This document shows, piece by piece, positions 62,277-64,000 of a DNA stretch of 64,000 nt. Below the pieces are notes generated by a model, which worked only from the letters and a program-made list of their open reading frames with translations, made no database searches and had not been told where the DNA came from. Made by a program: the position numbers and the translations under genes. This DNA comes from Podospora anserina (taxonomy: Eukaryota): positions 3,038,001 through 3,102,000 of the forward strand of contig CM030338.1 in the NCBI GenBank assembly GCA_017654855.1, read 5' to 3'. Within the stretch, counting starts at the first letter, position 1. Each line of letters starts with the position of its first letter.

Positions 62277-64000
62277 CCGCCATCTTTTCCTCTCTTGTCA
62301 TCATTTGCATTGGGTAGGCGTTTTTTTTTTGGAGGGGAGGGTTCGAGGAGAGACAACAGCTCACTCTACACTTTGATACCACCGGTTTCTTTTGTTTCTT
62401 TTCTTGGGTCATTATCACACAGCGAGTGAGGATGAAAATACACAGCGGCATCATTTCTTATATCATCAATTGGCGGAGGGGGAATATATATGGAAAGGAA
62501 TAAGGAAAGCATGATGCAATGGGAGGAAAGCGGGATGAAATCAATGGGGAAGGAAACAAAACCACACTCATATTATTACTTATTTACTATTCACAAGAGT
62601 ACTTGCTTCGCTCCCTGAGGGTTGAGTGTGCAAGCTCTATTCAATACCAAAAATAATCCACAACATTTTACAATTGGCTGTTTGCAATCGTGAATTGAAT
62701 GTGTGTCTCAATTGAGCATGTGTTTCTGGCATACGGTGCCAATGGTAGGGAAGTCCTAACCGAGGATTCGGCATTTTTGGGCAAGTTTTTTTTTGGGTAC
62801 GAATACTGTGTCTCCAAGACCTCGGCTCTTCGCCTTTTTGGAGAACCACGGGATGTGAGGCTTCAGAGTTAAAGTTCTACACAAGACATGAAGCATGGAA
62901 CTTTGATATAACAAAAGACATATTTTCTTTTTGGGATTAGCACAATGATTTGAAAGAGTTAGTTTGTAGTGCGCGCGCCGTTTTATTTTTTGGACAGTTC
63001 GGAGGAAGGGTTTGGGATTTGGAAACTTTGAAACTTTGGGACCTGGAATTTGGGGGTGGTTTGAATGGAAGTGTTAGGTGCACGCCGGAGTGGGGGGAGG
63101 GGGTGGGGTGAAGCCTTGTAGAACTCTTGGGCGGGATTCAGGACTTTGACGTTGACATCAATTTCCAATCGATGTCTTGGCTTGGGTGAGGATTTGTAAA
63201 TGCGATCTCTATAGCGAAAAAAACTTCTACCAGTTGGGTAGAATGATTTCGAAGCCAACGGTAATATGGGGAGGGGGTGCTCGTGCTCGCTTCGGTCGGA
63301 TTGACATAAACAGCAGTGATGAAAAGTCTCTTACGTGGACGCTGGGCTTTGTTTTCCTTTTTTTTCCTTTGGTGTTGGTAGTGAGTGGTGCTGTAAGAAT
63401 ACGATACAGCCAGCTACCAGACGCGGTCGGCCACCGAACTGGTGGTGGATCTGACTGACAAGATGGGACTTTTGCACAGCTGGGCGGGCGAGCGGGTCAG
63501 CTTCACAGCCTCTTCTTGTTGCAAACGTCCAATATCATCCGTCAGGCAGCTACTTTTGCACGTTTGCTTCAACCGCCTCACAACATTCCCCGCAAAACTA
63601 AAGTTTCAGACAGAGGGAAAAGTATTGTGTGCGTTGTCAAATTTTACATAGCTTGTTGACAATTGGTGAAAACCTATGACGATAGCGGTGAGTGACTGGG
63701 AGTTAAGAAACCGGGATGCTCCCCGGAGCGGGGGTGAGAGGAGTTCTCTACACGATGGGGTTCCTGCACGACGATGTGGATGAAAGCAAAAAAAAAAACG
63801 TGAATGAGGTGGAGCTGAGATACGGGATGTGGGAAGAAGTGGTTCGGGCTTCCGAGCTTGTCTGCGATGATTTTTCGGGCGGCACTCGGGATTGATGTCC
63901 GCGGGTCGCGGCGGCCGGGACGCCCTTTCAAAGGGTCGGGTCTTGTTTCCGTTGTCAGATTGGGAGGGTGATGTGTTTCATACCCTATATAAATACAAAC

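Overview
This is filamentous ascomycete DNA with spliceosomal introns. A Sordariales / Podospora-like origin is inferred from gene content and composition, not proven. Most of the window is a block of conserved genes: a RING/Zn-finger protein (runs off the left edge), ATG15 lipase, a VPS9-domain GEF, alpha-actinin, PUS7, the cell-wall-integrity MAPKK, DBP8, a divergent thymine-7-hydroxylase / isoorotate-decarboxylase pair, a Zn2Cys6 transcription factor, KRI1, a Vps21/Rab5 GTPase, a RING plus RD-rich protein, a septin-like GTPase and an ECM13-like protein. Two regions stand out. (1) At about 50.7-57.2 kb is a fungal NLR gene (SesB-like alpha/beta-hydrolase, NACHT, ankyrin). Its near-identical, hypervariable ankyrin array lies between two mutually compensating frameshifts. 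The gene is bracketed by two copies of an AT-rich element carrying 21-bp tandem arrays and a roughly 45-bp inverted repeat. (2) At 18606-18792, downstream of PUS7, is an unannotated multi-hairpin RNA-like structure: 3-4 copies of one stem-loop with pairing-preserving changes, three of them enclosed by a closing stem. Exon boundaries were read by eye and no searches were run.
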